DNA of 32,232 nucleotides from Macrostomum lignano (Eukaryota): contig NIVC01003010.1 in assembly GCA_002269645.1 (NCBI GenBank), forward strand, positions 1 to 32,232. The letters run 5' to 3'. This document shows positions 1 to 11,575 of this stretch, in pieces. Each line of letters opens with the position of its first letter. Within the stretch, counting starts at the first letter, position 1. Under the pieces are notes generated by a model. It saw only the letters and a program-made list of their open reading frames with translations. It ran no database searches and was not told the origin of the DNA. Position numbers and translations under genes: made by a program.

Positions 1-169
1 CTGCTTTACAGTAGTACATAGCGGAAATATAAAAAATGTAAGGAAAAGCAAACTTTTCGATAAAAATGCAATGAGGATGGTTGAGGCGCAGAGAAACAAT
101 AGACTAGAGAACTGGTCCGAAGCCACATCTAACTGTCTGAGATTCAATTATTGGGCAAAACAATTAGAT

Positions 170-384
170 CAGGGGTCGGCAAATTTTTTGAGAGGGAGAG
201 GAGGGTAGAGGAGAGGGAATAAAGGAGAGAGAAAAAGGAATCAGGAAAAGGAGAGACAAGGGAATGAAGGAGAGAGGAGACGTGAAGAGAGGAGAGAAGA
301 AGAGAGGAGACGACGAGAGAGAGAGCTGAGAGAGACACAAACCTTGAGCGGACCGGATTGCTATTGCCGGATTGCCGACCTCTG
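170..384 (+). mobile_element. hAT-like non-autonomous element (MITE) copy 1 with internal GA-rich tract
   Basis: Terminal inverted repeats CAGGGGTCGGCAA (170) and TTGCCGACCTCTG (372-384), 1 mismatch. Flanks aatTAgat and attTActc. Internal junction gagagctgag...ccttgagcgg is shared with copies at ~19390-19569 and ~27109-27676. Confidence 0.7.
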
Positions 385-646
385 ATTTACTCGTAGATGA
401 AGCAGGAACCAATCGATAAGATTCTGTCTTAGCAAAAACCTCTGAGCAGTCAGTCGATTTCGACCCGGTCAGCTCCGGGAACCCGGCTGTCCGAGTGCAC
501 CATGGCCTCGCGAATTCGCTTTCAGCTTCTGCTGCCGCGATTTGCTCAAATTATGCTGCGGAAATTCAGAGTTTTGCCGGCTTTATAGTCTTTGTTTATT
601 AGTGTCAGGTATTTCAGTTGACTGACACAGATTGACTGCCGAACCG

Positions 647-770
647 AACCTAATTAACCTAATTAACCTAATTAACCTAATTAACCTAGTTAACCCAATG
701 AACCTAATTAACCTAATTAACCCAATTTACCTAATTAACCTAATTATTAACCTAATTATTAACCTAATTA
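647..770. repeat. 9-bp tandem repeat (AACCTAATT)n
   Basis: Direct reading; about 13 imperfect units, abutting the left arm of the foldback element. Confidence 0.95.
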
Positions 771-1038
771 GTGACTAACTTGAATTTTACAATATCTTTT
801 TAATCGAATGCATCTATTTATTAGCAATATCATAAAAAACAGTTGGCTATAATTATATGCCCAATTCACTGCTTATTCATTTTAGTTTTATACTTTTCAT
901 ATAAAATAAGTATTTAATTATCTAGCTACCTTAGCTATGCATATAATTATAGCCAACTGTTTTTTAATGATATATTGCTAATAAATAGATACATTCGATT
1001 AAACAGATATTGTAAAATTCAAGTTAGTCACTAGTTAG
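764..1038. mobile_element. Foldback / long inverted repeat element (putative MITE)
   Basis: Arms 764-860 and 939-1038 are reverse complements with few mismatches or indels, around a 78-bp AT-rich spacer. Confidence 0.75.
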
Positions 1039-1510
1039 CTTTAAACTAAATTGCTGCATGATATGGCTAGTAACTAAAGTTATATGAAGATCAATTAATT
1101 GTAAAAAAATATTTATAAAATCCGTTGAAGCAACATGTTTTGTAAGTTATATCAAAAGAAGAGCTTTGTATCTGCTTCCAATAAAAAGCTATCATCATTT
1201 TAAAGTGAAAAAAGTGAAAAGTTCCTATCTCGCGTGCATTTTTCCGTGGAAATCAGCCTTTAATAAATTTTCCAAGAAACGAAGTGTCCCGTCCTTCTTC
1301 TAGTGGTCCTTGTACTGTACACAGGCAGGCACTCACACACACGCTCACACAGGGTGTACAGCAGCCCCGAATTTCTAATCGTCAGGCATGTACACTCTCT
1401 GTTGGGTTGGCCCTCATGGGTGAAATCGGACGACATTCAAGTTTCAGGGTCTCACCGCCATAAGGTAGCCCTTGCCGTCAGCGGAACTGGCATTAGACGA
1501 GAATGAGTCA

Positions 1511-1684
1511 TCAAGAGGCGCCCACTTGAGCCGGGATCCAAAGCCGCTGGCCGCCTGATATAGGTGCAGAGTGGAAGAAGTAAGCAGGTGAGTAGGCCTT
1601 ATAAAAAACAACTAATTGCTCAACAAGTACCTGGTGACCCCCTGCTGGTTGCCTTGAGCCAACGCCAGCCATTGCGCTTGTAAT
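1511..1684 (-). CDS. Gene A putative terminal exon 4 (ITSAMAGVGSRQ...QVGAS*)
   Basis: Acceptor ttttcctcag|ATT, phase 0 matching the upstream donor, open to TGA at 1511. A 33-nt internal GT-AG segment may or may not be spliced. Confidence 0.4.
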   Translation of the reverse strand: MTSAMAGVGSRQPAGGHQVLVEQLVVFYKAYSPAYFFHSAPISGGQRLWIPAQVGAS

Positions 1685-1916
1685 CTGAGGAAAAAGTTGA
1701 TGATAATATATGACATAAATCATTTCATTGTACATGTGTTAGTAGTGATGCTAATGTGTGTAGCGTGTGTTAGTGTTGGAGCATTTTTGAGTATTAGATA
1801 TCAGGTGTAAAAAAGCAGTCATTATTTTACTACAACGTGCCGCAGTAACTTTAGCAGCGATGTGAGCTAAATTCACCTTATCACGGCTCTAAAGGTGTAG
1901 GTTGTGTGATTAGTAG

Positions 1917-2723
1917 AGGGGCTAGCAGGGAACAGGGGCTAGCAGGGGACAGGGGCTAGCAGGGGACAGGGGCTAGCAGGGGACAGGGGCTAGCAGGGAA
2001 CAGGGGCTAGCAGGGAACAGGGGCTAGCAGGGGACAGGGGCTAGCAGGGGACAGGGGGGCTAGCAGGTGACAGGGGGCTAGCAGGGGACAGGGGCTAGCA
2101 GGTGACAGGGGGCTAGCAGGGGACACGGGCTAGCAGGGAACAGGGGATAGCAGGGAACAGGGGCTAGCAGGGAACAGGGGCTAGCAGGGGACAGGGGCTA
2201 GCAGGGGACACGGGCTAGAAGGGGACAGGGGGCTAGCAGGGGACACGGGCTAGCAGGAACACGGGCTAGCAGGGGACAGGGGCTAGCAGGGAACAGGGGA
2301 TAGCAGGGAACAGGGGCTAGCAGGGAACAGGGGCTAGCAGGGGACACGGGCTAGCAGGAACACGGGCTAGCAGGGGACAGGGGCTAGCAGGGAACATGGG
2401 CTAGCAGGGGACAGGGGGCTAGCAGGGGACAGGGGCTAGCAGGGAACAGGGGCTAGCAGGGGACACGGGGGGCTAGCAGGGGACACGGGCTAGCAGGGGA
2501 CAGGGGCTTGCAGGGGACACGGGCTAGCAGGGGACAGGGGGCTAGCAGGGGACAGGGGGCTAGCAGGGGACAGGGGGCTAGCAGGGGACACGGGCTAGCA
2601 GGGAACAGGGGCTTGCAGGGGACAGGGGGGCTAGCAGGGGTCAGGGGGGCTAGCAGGGGACACGGGCTAGCAGGGGACAAGGGGCTAGCAGGAAACAGGG
2701 GCTAGCAGTTGACAGGGGGCTAG
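1917..2723. repeat. G-rich minisatellite, ~16-17-bp unit GGGGCTAGCAGGG(G/A)ACA
   Basis: Direct reading; heterogeneous units; lies in gene A intron 3. Confidence 0.97.
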
Positions 2724-3023
2724 AAGTCCAGTTAAGCAGGGGAGTCAATAAACACAAATAACAAGAGAAGCTGCAGCAAGAAATTGCGTAAAAATGCATC
2801 ATCAGTGTTGATGAAGCTCCTATCTGCACAAATTCCAATCAACATTAATAATCGCAGCAGTGAGCAGTTGTTAGTGCCGGCAAACAAAACTGTTAATTAC
2901 AGTATGCTCAAATCCTTGCACTGATTCCGTTTGCATGAGTCTGAAACATACTCCGGCCACGGAGTCGAAGACAAAAAACTAATGCATTTACATGTTCAAA
3001 GTTTTACATTGTCAAAGGCAGTA

Positions 3024-3398
3024 AAGTTCACAAGCTCGAAAGTTCACAAGCTCGAAAGGTCACAAGCTCGAAAGTTCACAAGCTCGAAAGTTCACAAGCT
3101 CGAAAGTTCACAAGCTCGAAAGTTCACAAGCTCGAAAGTTCACAAGCTCGAAAGTTTACAAGCTCGAAAGGTCACAAGCTCGAAAGTTCACAAGATCGAA
3201 AGTTCACAAGATCGAAAGTTCACAAGATCGAAAGTTCACAAGATCGAAAGTTCACAAGATCGAAAGTTCACAAGATCGAAAGTTCACAAGATCGAAAGTT
3301 CACAAGATCGAAAGTTCACAAGATCGAAAGTTCACAAGATCGAAAGTTCACAAGATCGAAAGTTCACAAGATCGAAAGTTCACAGGATCGAAAGTTCA
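3024..3398. repeat. 16-bp minisatellite AAGTTCACAAG(C/A)TCGA
   Basis: About 23 units; C variant in the left part, A variant after ~3190. Confidence 0.97.
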
Positions 3399-3467
3399 TG
3401 TGACCTTTCGAACTTATAAAACGTCAATAAGGCACCCGAGCTCTTCACTTTTCCCAATCTGTCTCAC

Positions 3468-3821
3468 CTTGTTCAACTCACGGCTGTCGATCATTTTGGC
3501 CATTTTGGTTGTTGCTCTTACTGGCTGCTGTCGATGGTGATGAGGAGGAGGCGATGGCTGCTGAGCGGTTGGTCGAGACGGAGCGGCGGCGACAGCAGCC
3601 CGAGGCTCAGCTATCGGAGGCAGGGAGCTCGCAGTCTGCTGCTGGTGCTTTGAACTTGCCGGCTGTCCGTGCGGATGCTGCTGCTGGTGCTTTGAACTTG
3701 CCGGCTGTCCGTGCGGATGCTGCTGCTGCTGGAGTGCCGCAGTTCGGGTTTCAGACAATGTCAGACAATCAGACATCGATCTTTTCCATTTTTCCCGTTT
3801 TATTTGTTTCCTAAACTGTCG
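3468..3821 (-). CDS. Gene A exon 3 (Gln/His/Pro-rich)
   Basis: Open frame with an in-frame 42-nt duplication (QQQHPHGQPASSKH x2) and donor AAG|GTGAGA at 3468 (phase 0). The acceptor is uncertain (3821 or 3815 are in phase; downstream CAGs are possible). Confidence 0.55.
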
Positions 3822-3884
3822 CTAAACTCTGATGCTAAAACAGTCGTTTCTCATAGATCGATCTCTTTGCTTCTCAGTGCCATA

Positions 3885-4185
3885 ATCACTTCCGGTTATT
3901 CACAGGCCCATTTTAACTTCTGCTTTTAACCCAAAACCTTATCACCTTTAGTTGGTTACCAGTCTGTCTTCTCACTTCCGGTTGATTACCAGTCTTTCTT
4001 CTTACTTCCGGTTGCCAGAAACCTTCTCACTTCTGGTTGGTTACCAGTCTCCTTTCTCAGTTTCGGTTGGTTACCAGTCTCTCTTCTCACTTCCGGTTGA
4101 TTACCAGTCTTTCTTCTAAGTTCCGGTTTCCAGAAACCTTCTCACTTCTGGTTGGTTACCAGTCTCCTTTCTCACTTCCGGTTTG
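3885..4185. repeat. Degenerate ~30-bp repeat with a ~115-bp higher-order duplication, containing ACTTCCGG motifs
   Basis: Blocks starting at ~3969 and ~4084 are near-identical; lies in gene A intron 2. Confidence 0.85.
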
Positions 4186-4221
4186 CTACCAACCATACCT
4201 GTATCAGCATACCAACCATAC

Positions 4222-4527
4222 CTGTATCAGCACCGGCGCTGAGGGCGGCGTCTGAAACTGCAACTGCGGCTGCTGTTGGAACTGCTGATAAGGCAGCATG
4301 GTAACTAACGGAGACTGCGCCGGATGCTGCAGCACCTGCGGATACACTGGCAGGATGATTGGCTGGCCGAAAGCGCCACCGCTGAGTAGGTAAGCCGGCG
4401 CCTGTTGCTGGGCAGACGGGGGCCAGAAGGCCGGTGCGGGGGCAGCTCGCACCGGAAGCATCCTCTCAGGGGGAACCGAGTGGCGGTGCTGCTGAGTCAG
4501 CTGCGGCTGGAAGGGTGAGAGATGCAG
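4222..4527 (-). CDS. Gene A exon 2 (Pro/Gln-rich)
   Basis: Acceptor gtcattcag|CTG (phase 0), open frame LHLSPFQPQ...PPSAPVLIQ, donor CAG|GTATGG (phase 0). Confidence 0.7.
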
Positions 4528-4541
4528 CTGAATGACATTCT

Positions 4542-5236
4542 AGCTACAGAGGGGGCGCCAGCTATACAGGGGGCGCCAACTACAGAGGGGGCGCCAACTA
4601 CAGAGGGGGCGCCAACTACAGAGGGGGGCGCCAGCTACAGCTACAGGGGGCACCAGCTACAGGGGAGGGGGCGCCAGCTACAGGGGAGGGAGCGCCAACT
4701 ACAGAGGGGGCGCCAGCTACAGAGGGGGCGCCAGCTACAGAGGGGGCGCCAGCTACAGAGCGTGCCAGCTACAGAGGGGGCGCCAGCTACAGAGGGTGCC
4801 AGCTACAGAGGGGGCGCCAGCTACAGAGGGTGCCAGCTACAGAGGGGGCGCCAGCTACAGAGCGTGCCAGCTACAGAGGGGACGCCAGCTACAGAGGGGC
4901 GCCAGCTACAGAGGGGGCGCCAGCTACAGAGCGTGCCAGCTACAGAGGGGACGCCAGCTACAGAGGGGGCGCCAGCTACAGAGGGGGCGCCAGCTACAGA
5001 GGGGGCGCCAGCTACAGAGGGGGCGCCAGCTACAGAGGGTGCCAGCTACAGAGGGTGTCAGCTACAGAGGGTGCCAGCTACAGAGGGTGTCAGCTACAGA
5101 GGGTGTCAGCTACAGAGGGTGCCAGCTACAGAGGGTGTCAGCTACAGAGGGTGCCAGCTACAGAGGGTGTCAGCTACAGAGGGTGTCAGCTACAGAGGGT
5201 GTCAGCTACAGAGGGTGTCAGCTACAGAGGGGGCAC
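4542..5236. repeat. 16-18-bp minisatellite GCCAGCTACAGAGGG(GGC/T)
   Basis: Fills nearly all of gene A intron 1 (4528-5284). Confidence 0.97.
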
Positions 5237-5284
5237 CAATACAATAACTATGATGCGCCAATAAAAAGCTGGAGTTATTCTTAC

Positions 5285-6124
5285 CAGCGAGTCCTCGCTG
5301 CGTACTCGCGGCATGACGGATGCGCCACCACGCTGCGGCGGCGGTTGCGACAGCAGCTTGGTTGGAGTTCTTGGCCGAAGCGGCGGCAGCGGCGGCGATG
5401 GTTTCGCCGGCCGGGACTCCGTCGGCCAGGATCGGTTCAGGCCGGAGCCGCGCTGCGCCGGAGCCAAGGGAGGCAGCAATCGGGGCGGCGGCTTCGCGGG
5501 TGGAGGCTGGGGCGGCGGCGGCCGATCAACGCCGCCGTAGTCGAGGTCCCGCCGGAGGCGGCTCAGCTCGGCTAACTGACCTGGCGTTGCCGGACCGTCG
5601 CCACCGTCGCCGTCGCCGTCATCGGCCTCTTCGCCGTCTGACGATCGAAAGTCGAGATCGATGGCGCCGCGCATGAGCAGCCGGGACTCGCTGGGCTCCG
5701 CCATCTGCACCAGGTCCAGCGGTGGCACCCGCTGTCGCTCCAGGTCGGCGAGGTCACCAGCGATGCGGTCGAGTCGGCGACGTAGCCGACGTTGGTACTG
5801 AGCCTCTTGGTGAAGCTCACGCGCCGCGGCCACGGAGTCGCGGGCGAGGCCGGCGGCCACCTCGGCAGGACCAAAGACGACAGCGCGCCGCTGCTGGGAC
5901 GTGAAGGAGGCTGCGGCGGTATCGCTGTCGAGGCTTCGCTCAAATGGCTGCCACGCGCTGTCGTTTGACCTGTTGACTGTCCGGCTGCTCATAAAGCGAT
6001 AGTCGAATTCGTCGTCGCTCTGGCCCGGATAATCGACGTAAACTCGCTGCTCGACATTGTCGAAGCCATAGTCTTCGTAGTCGCTGTAGGCCTCGGCGGA
6101 GTCGGGGCGCGGACTTGGCAGCAT
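5285..6124 (-). CDS. Gene A exon 1: uncharacterised acidic then Pro-rich protein
   Basis: 840-nt GC-rich open frame from ATG 6124 (MLPSPRPDSAEAY...) to donor CTG|GTAAGA at 5285 (phase 0). No family recognised. Confidence 0.8.
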
Positions 6125-8290
6125 TGAGTCCGCGCGCTTGAGTTTCGACCTTGGCACGATGAAATATTGACACAATGAAAGCATATTTGTTGAGTAGGAA
6201 GGCATAAACATTTTGTTTTCATGAACTATTCTTATTATGCTTTGTAACTTTATAAGCTATAAAATAGTATCTATAAAACATTGGATTGAGGTGTCAGTAT
6301 GCTTTTGTTCAGCATAGCCTAATTTTTCTATTAAAGACTTCCATGACCATCATCTCTATTTGAATAAACACTAATCAAAATAAAAAAGAAATGCACAAAA
6401 CAGACAAATTTTGCAGTTCTATCCGCTCATACTAAATTTCAAGCACCTAAATACAGGCATCTTGAAAAATGTTAAACTGAATTTAGAACAAAAAATTCTC
6501 TGATGTTTTTAGCAATTGAAATAATTACTATTGCTAGGACAAGTGTAAAATAAGCTATGCTATACAAATATAATTTTATGCAGCTAGAATGCCAGCAATA
6601 CTCTAAAACCTTGCTAGCGTTGTATAGGAAATAATTTAAGAACATGATAATTCTAGAATGTAAAAATTAAAAAATGTTATAAAGTAGATAGAAAAAAACT
6701 ATTTTTAAAACAGTTCAACATACTACATAGCTTTGTTAATCATTTACTTTTTTAACTAGCAACAATTTAACTGTAGATTTATTCATACAGTTTGGTTGCA
6801 TACATACATCAAACAAGCAAATTGCAATATTCTTAGCCGCGATTAGGCCTTAGGGTACATTATTAAACATTATTTTCTGTAAACCATTAAGATTTATGGA
6901 GAATTGGCTGTAGTGACCTACATCCACTCTCTCAGCTCATAGTACAATGCTAGCATAAAATTTACATTATCTGTCATGACTGATTGACTGCGGTAAATTT
7001 AATCAGTAAAATATTTGTAGCTACAATTACAATAGAATGATTTCAAATTGTGACAAACGAACAAATTCGATTAAATCTTGCCCCGTTGCGAGTCCAAACA
7101 AATACCTAAATTAGCAGCTTTTCAGACTTTTGCATACAGCATAAAATAGTGAGTGAGCAGAAATGTTTAATATGTCATTTTCAGTAAATGACTTAAAAAC
7201 ATTTAGTACTAATTAAATAAGCTTTGCTATACTTAGCTAAATACGTTAATTTTTAACGTGTTTTTTGCATTGCACTGCATGTAGACAATATCAGCTAAAC
7301 ACAAAGGACCTTGAATAAACATACATTAAATTTGATAAAAATTGTTATGTCAAGCATTGCTTTTGTCGGGCTAAGTAAAACAGTGGTAAATGCAAAACCG
7401 GCTCATTTACTTCTATATATATCGCCTAGTTTTTTCATCCCTTTCGGGGCAAGCAGGCTATGTCGAACGATTCAGTCCAAATGGAACGAAAAGCAAAAAT
7501 AAAAAAAACGCGCGCTCAGCCGGTAACAGTACGTTAGAATTTCCCCTCTCCTAAATGCATTTTTGGTGCATTATTTCTGATTAATTAATAATTATTTGTT
7601 ATTTTTGATAACAGCGATAGATCGCTATTTAAAAAAGTAAGCATTTTCTTGCAGATGTAGCCGTACGTTACTTACGAGTAAAGCTATACATGTATGTAGA
7701 TCTTAATTGATTCTTGAAAATGTAAACATTTGATACCTTCAGGGCGCCAAAATGAGTGCCTGTGGCGCCAAAATACAGTACTTGTATAACAAACAAAGAT
7801 TCCCAAAATAATATAGGAATTTCCCTTCCCCATCATAAAATCCCATGGCGACACCCGTGCATAGGCCAAATATAATACTTAGTCGTTTTTTGAATGGAGC
7901 ATGGCGCATATCCATGTTCTTTAAATCCTAAAGTGAATGTACGTTCGATGATTGATCATCTCTGAATTTCATATTATTTTTATGCGGGTAATTTTGAACA
8001 GAGCTGCAAACGCTTTTTTATACTGTAAGACAAGGTACATGTACATGTACATAAAAATTAAATTTCATCTACTTGGATAGCAGTTGATGTATTAAGAATC
8101 TACATGTATTGCCTCATAATATTGACTGTTCGGACAGTCGCTCAAAAAAAGTACAAATCATGAGCGGCGGTCAGAGAAATCCATTTATTTAAGTTTGCAT
8201 ACGGTGTGCAAATACGGTACATCAACTAAAACAGGTTTAGTTGGAAATAAAATGCATTAAACTGTACATCAAAGGAATAAACTGCCGCAT

Positions 8291-8680
8291 TTATTTCAGC
8301 GCAATCCAGCACAGACCACCGGCGGAACCGCTAGCCAGTTCATCTTTATAGAGATCGGGAATCAGGCCGTCCTCGGCTGACTGAACCATCTTGACGGACT
8401 GTTCGCCTCGCCTCGACAGCTCGAAGGTGCACAACTGTCGCCAGAAGCCGGCATTCGGCCGGATGAACGGCCGCCGACGCTTGCAGACAGAGTGCGCCTC
8501 GCGCAGGCTTAGGCCCGCGTGCTTGACCAGGTAGGCCAGCACTAGGGTGGCCGAGCGCGACACCCCGGCTTTGCAGTAGACCAGAACGCGACGGCCGTTC
8601 AACGCCTCCGAGTTGATTCGATCGGCCACTGCGTCAAAGTGCTGCCCAATGTCAGCTTGAGGATTGTCGTCCACCGAGAT
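8291..8680 (-). CDS. DUSP14: Atypical dual-specificity phosphatase (DUSP14/18/21-like), exon 2
   Basis: ISVDDNPQADIGQHFDAVADRI...VLVYCKAGVSRSATLVLAYL...RPFIRPNAGFWRQL...SVKMVQ...IPDLY matches the DUSP14 catalytic domain and C-terminal tail as I recall them. Acceptor cgcag|ATC, phase 0. The symbol is a best match, not demonstrated orthology. Confidence 0.92.
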   Translation of the reverse strand: MSVDDNPQADIGQHFDAVADRINSEALNGRRVLVYCKAGVSRSATLVLAYLVKHAGLSLREAHSVCKRRRPFIRPNAGFWRQLCTFELSRRGEQSVKMVQSAEDGLIPDLYKDELASGSAGGLCWIALK

Positions 8681-8862
8681 CTGCGAATTGAAAGCGGATT
8701 TTTTGTCTGTAATCCTTCCTGTATTCCTGTAGCAGGGTGAATTGCAGCTCAGGTTATTCAGCTACGTACTCATGGTCAACTCTGACGTCTCCTGTTTGTA
8801 TTTTTTAGTGGTAACCACTAACTTTTTAGGTGGTTTTGATTGATTGAAGAGATGAACAATTC

Positions 8863-9072
8863 TAGTGACTACCACCGCAGAGCTACGCTTCCTTCGGTAG
8901 ACTAACTCGCAGTTCTACCCTTCCTTCGGTAGACTACCACCGCAGATCTACTCTTCCTTCAGTAGACTACCACTGCAGTTCTACCCTTCTTTCAGTGGAC
9001 CACCACTGCAGTTCTTACCCTAACTTCAGTAGACTACCACTGCAGTTCTACCCTAACTTCAGTAGACCAACT
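8863..9072. repeat. ~33-bp minisatellite TAGACTACCACTGCAGTTCTACCCTTCCTTCAG
   Basis: About 6 diverged units inside the DUSP intron (8681-9112). Confidence 0.9.
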
Positions 9073-9112
9073 ACGCCTCTAAGTCAATAAGATCTTGACA
9101 CCTCTTACTTAC

Positions 9113-9316
9113 AGGAAATGATTCTGTCAGTTTTAAATGGACTGGTGGCTCCAAGGTAGCACTGATAACCAAATCAAATCTCATTTCATCAATTCGAGGG
9201 TCCTGTAGAGGTTGAGCACTGCTCAGAAAGACGTGCTCAGTTATCTGGGCCACCTGGCCAAAGTGGCTACCAATTAGTGGACGATTAGATTCATGAGACA
9301 TATTTTCACAATGCAT
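9113..9316 (-). CDS. DUSP14: DUSP14-like exon 1
   Basis: ...GQVAQITEHVFLSSA...LVISATLE... is the typical DUSP N-terminal strand; donor CCT|GTAAGT, phase 0. Start is ATG 9316 or 9301. Confidence 0.85.
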
Positions 9317-11176
9317 GAAAAGTGTGCACTTGTTTTTTATTTGCTCAATCAGATTTAACTATGATAACAATTATAATTTATTCAAGCTATCATTAAAATG
9401 GACAGATAGTAGTCTAAAATAGCATAGCATACAATATTGATAATATTGGTCACTAAGATTAATTAAAATCTGACTATATAATGTTTTATTAAGCATTGTG
9501 AAATTGGCTGATTGACATAATGAAAATGGTTAATAATTCAGGTATATTCAACCTAAGCTCAACCCAAGGACTTAAATTAGTGAGCTTAAATTTTAAATGA
9601 CCACCTTACTTAAATTTTTCATTTTAGCCATTCCAATTTTTCTGACATTAGTTATAAACTTCACATAGAAGACAATTTACTTTTTATCTACTGATCCTTC
9701 TATTGAATACATACAAATTACATTAATTACACATTTACTTTAAATTGAAACTAGATATAAAAAACTTTTTATTTAAATATGTAACAAGTTTGGCTTAAAG
9801 ATGAGGTTTAGCTCAACTTTTTATTTTGCAAAAAGTCACCATGCAACAAGAAATTTAAACAGGTCTACTCACTGTATATATAGAGAGTATATGAATCAAA
9901 TTCATATATAAAGCTTTAGAGTCCCCGCACTAGCACTTATAAAAACCAAGCAAAACTTGAAATAAATACCAAAGTGTACATAGATTCATGGCCCTGAACT
10001 ACAATAGTTTTTTATAAATCAAATGATTCATTCAAAAACAATTTTTTTCTCATGTAAATATAAAAAAAACATTTTATTTCCATATCTGCTATGTTACCTA
10101 ACCTAAATAACGAATCATAGTAAATACTATCGTCGTCTATACTCAGAACATACTAAATAAATATACTACATTTTCGCATAGATAGGACTTGTTGTTGTCT
10201 GCGTAAGCTGTGCACGAAAACTTTTAAAAATTCAAATAAGGAAAACTCAAATTCGAGCTTGACAGGTGAGCAGAAAAATTAAAACCATGCTATATTCAGA
10301 TTTATAGGATTTAAAGCCTAAACCAGAAATGAATATGTTGATCTTTTTCCCTACAGCTTTGCATATTAGTAAAGAAAATCAAACTACTGTTCGTTATACT
10401 GGCTATTGTACATTCGCGAAAATATAAAGTTGACATTTTCAGCGAAACAGTGCTTGTTGCAAGGCTGGCTAGAGGGCTTTAAAAAGTTAATGATTTCTCT
10501 AATTTCCATTAGGCGTGCTAGTCAATGGCTTTAAATTGTAGCTTAATTTTAAATTAGTTTTATTCTTGCATTTTTTACTGAATAATATTGTTTTTTACAT
10601 AAATAACCACTCATAGAACAACTTTTTAAGCTACACTACACTTTATAGTTTAACTACACTTATAGTTTATCTAATTTACTACTTCGTAGTTTTATTACTA
10701 TTTAAGAATTTATTACTACTTGATGTACTTCAAAGTACCATACTTCAAAGTACAAAACTTAGTTTTGTAGATGAATAGATAAAAATTTGTTATTAACTTA
10801 TCATATCAAAATATTCATGTTTTTGATTTACTATCTTTGCTAAATGTTAAGTGGTATACATTTATTTTATAAAGCAATAGAAATTTATAAGGCTCCATGA
10901 GTCAAAGATTGCTAAAATCGATAAAAAATTGGTTTAGACCCGTTTAAAAATTGACTTGAGTAATATTTGACCAGTATACCTACTGGTAGTAATGAGAACC
11001 AGCTTTTGATGTGTTTGTTTGCACCGAACTACAGTCTTTTAAAGTCTATCTAATTTCTAATAGGAATTGATAGTCCGATTATTACTATCACTCACTGCAT
11101 CGCTTCAGCAGAGCTTTTAGTCACAAGTGAGATTCACATTGTAACAAAACAAGGCTTGTTAAGTGGCACGATTGCC

Positions 11177-11575
11177 ATGCCAAGCTGGCAGTCCTGGTGG
11201 CGCTCCTACCGCTACAGATTTGTGCCTTGGCTTGTCCGCACTGCTGGGCGCCAGTCATCCGAAGCATCTGAGCAGCTGCCAGGAGATGTTGGGTCATCAA
11301 GCGATTCACATTTCCGTCGTCTGCTAGCCAGTGACAGCGACCTGCCAACAGCCAAGCTGGCTGGGTTCAGTTCCGAGTCTGAACTACACGCCCACCTGTG
11401 CGACCAGATGACTCGCTATCTTCGCTGTCTGGTTAACAATGGCAACAGTTGCCATGGCAACGATGGTCTAAGTCGACTTTTCGGCTACCGGCTGGGTCTC
11501 GGTCCCAGCAGCCTGCCAGGAGGTGCCGGGCTCGGCGTCTTCTTGGTTGAGGGTCGCGCCGGTCCGGGATCACTG
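11177..11575 (+). CDS. SETD9: SET domain-containing protein 9 homologue, exon 1
   Basis: MPSWQSWWRSYRYRFVPW resembles the SETD9 N-terminus (WRRYKYRFVPW); SSLPGGAGLGVF resembles SSLISAGKGVF; donor CTG|GTAAGG, phase 0. Confidence 0.9.

Noticed and set aside
1-132. Open hydrophobic 44-codon frame on (-) after an AG (LDVASDQFSSLLFL...)
   Set aside because: Truncated by the window edge, AT-rich, with no recognisable motif or partner exon.
440-600. Kozak-like CCATGG with short ORFs on both strands
   Set aside because: Both frames stop within 30 codons and there is no convincing donor site.
647-770. True telomeric or interstitial telomere repeat
   Set aside because: The unit is a 9-mer (TTAGGTTAA), not TTAGGG or TTAGG, and the array is short and tied to a foldback arm.
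2453-5264. ORFs over the 16-18-bp arrays (2453-2705, 2931-3419, 4522-5264)
   Set aside because: They are translations of stop-free repeat units inside inferred introns.
5313-6222. Alternative-frame and antisense ORFs over gene A exon 1
   Set aside because: They are shadows of GC-rich coding sequence; the 840-nt frame has the ATG and a canonical donor.
7740-7775. Two GGCGCCAAAA (E2F-like) motifs
   Set aside because: Short motifs downstream of the DUSP gene with no independent promoter evidence.
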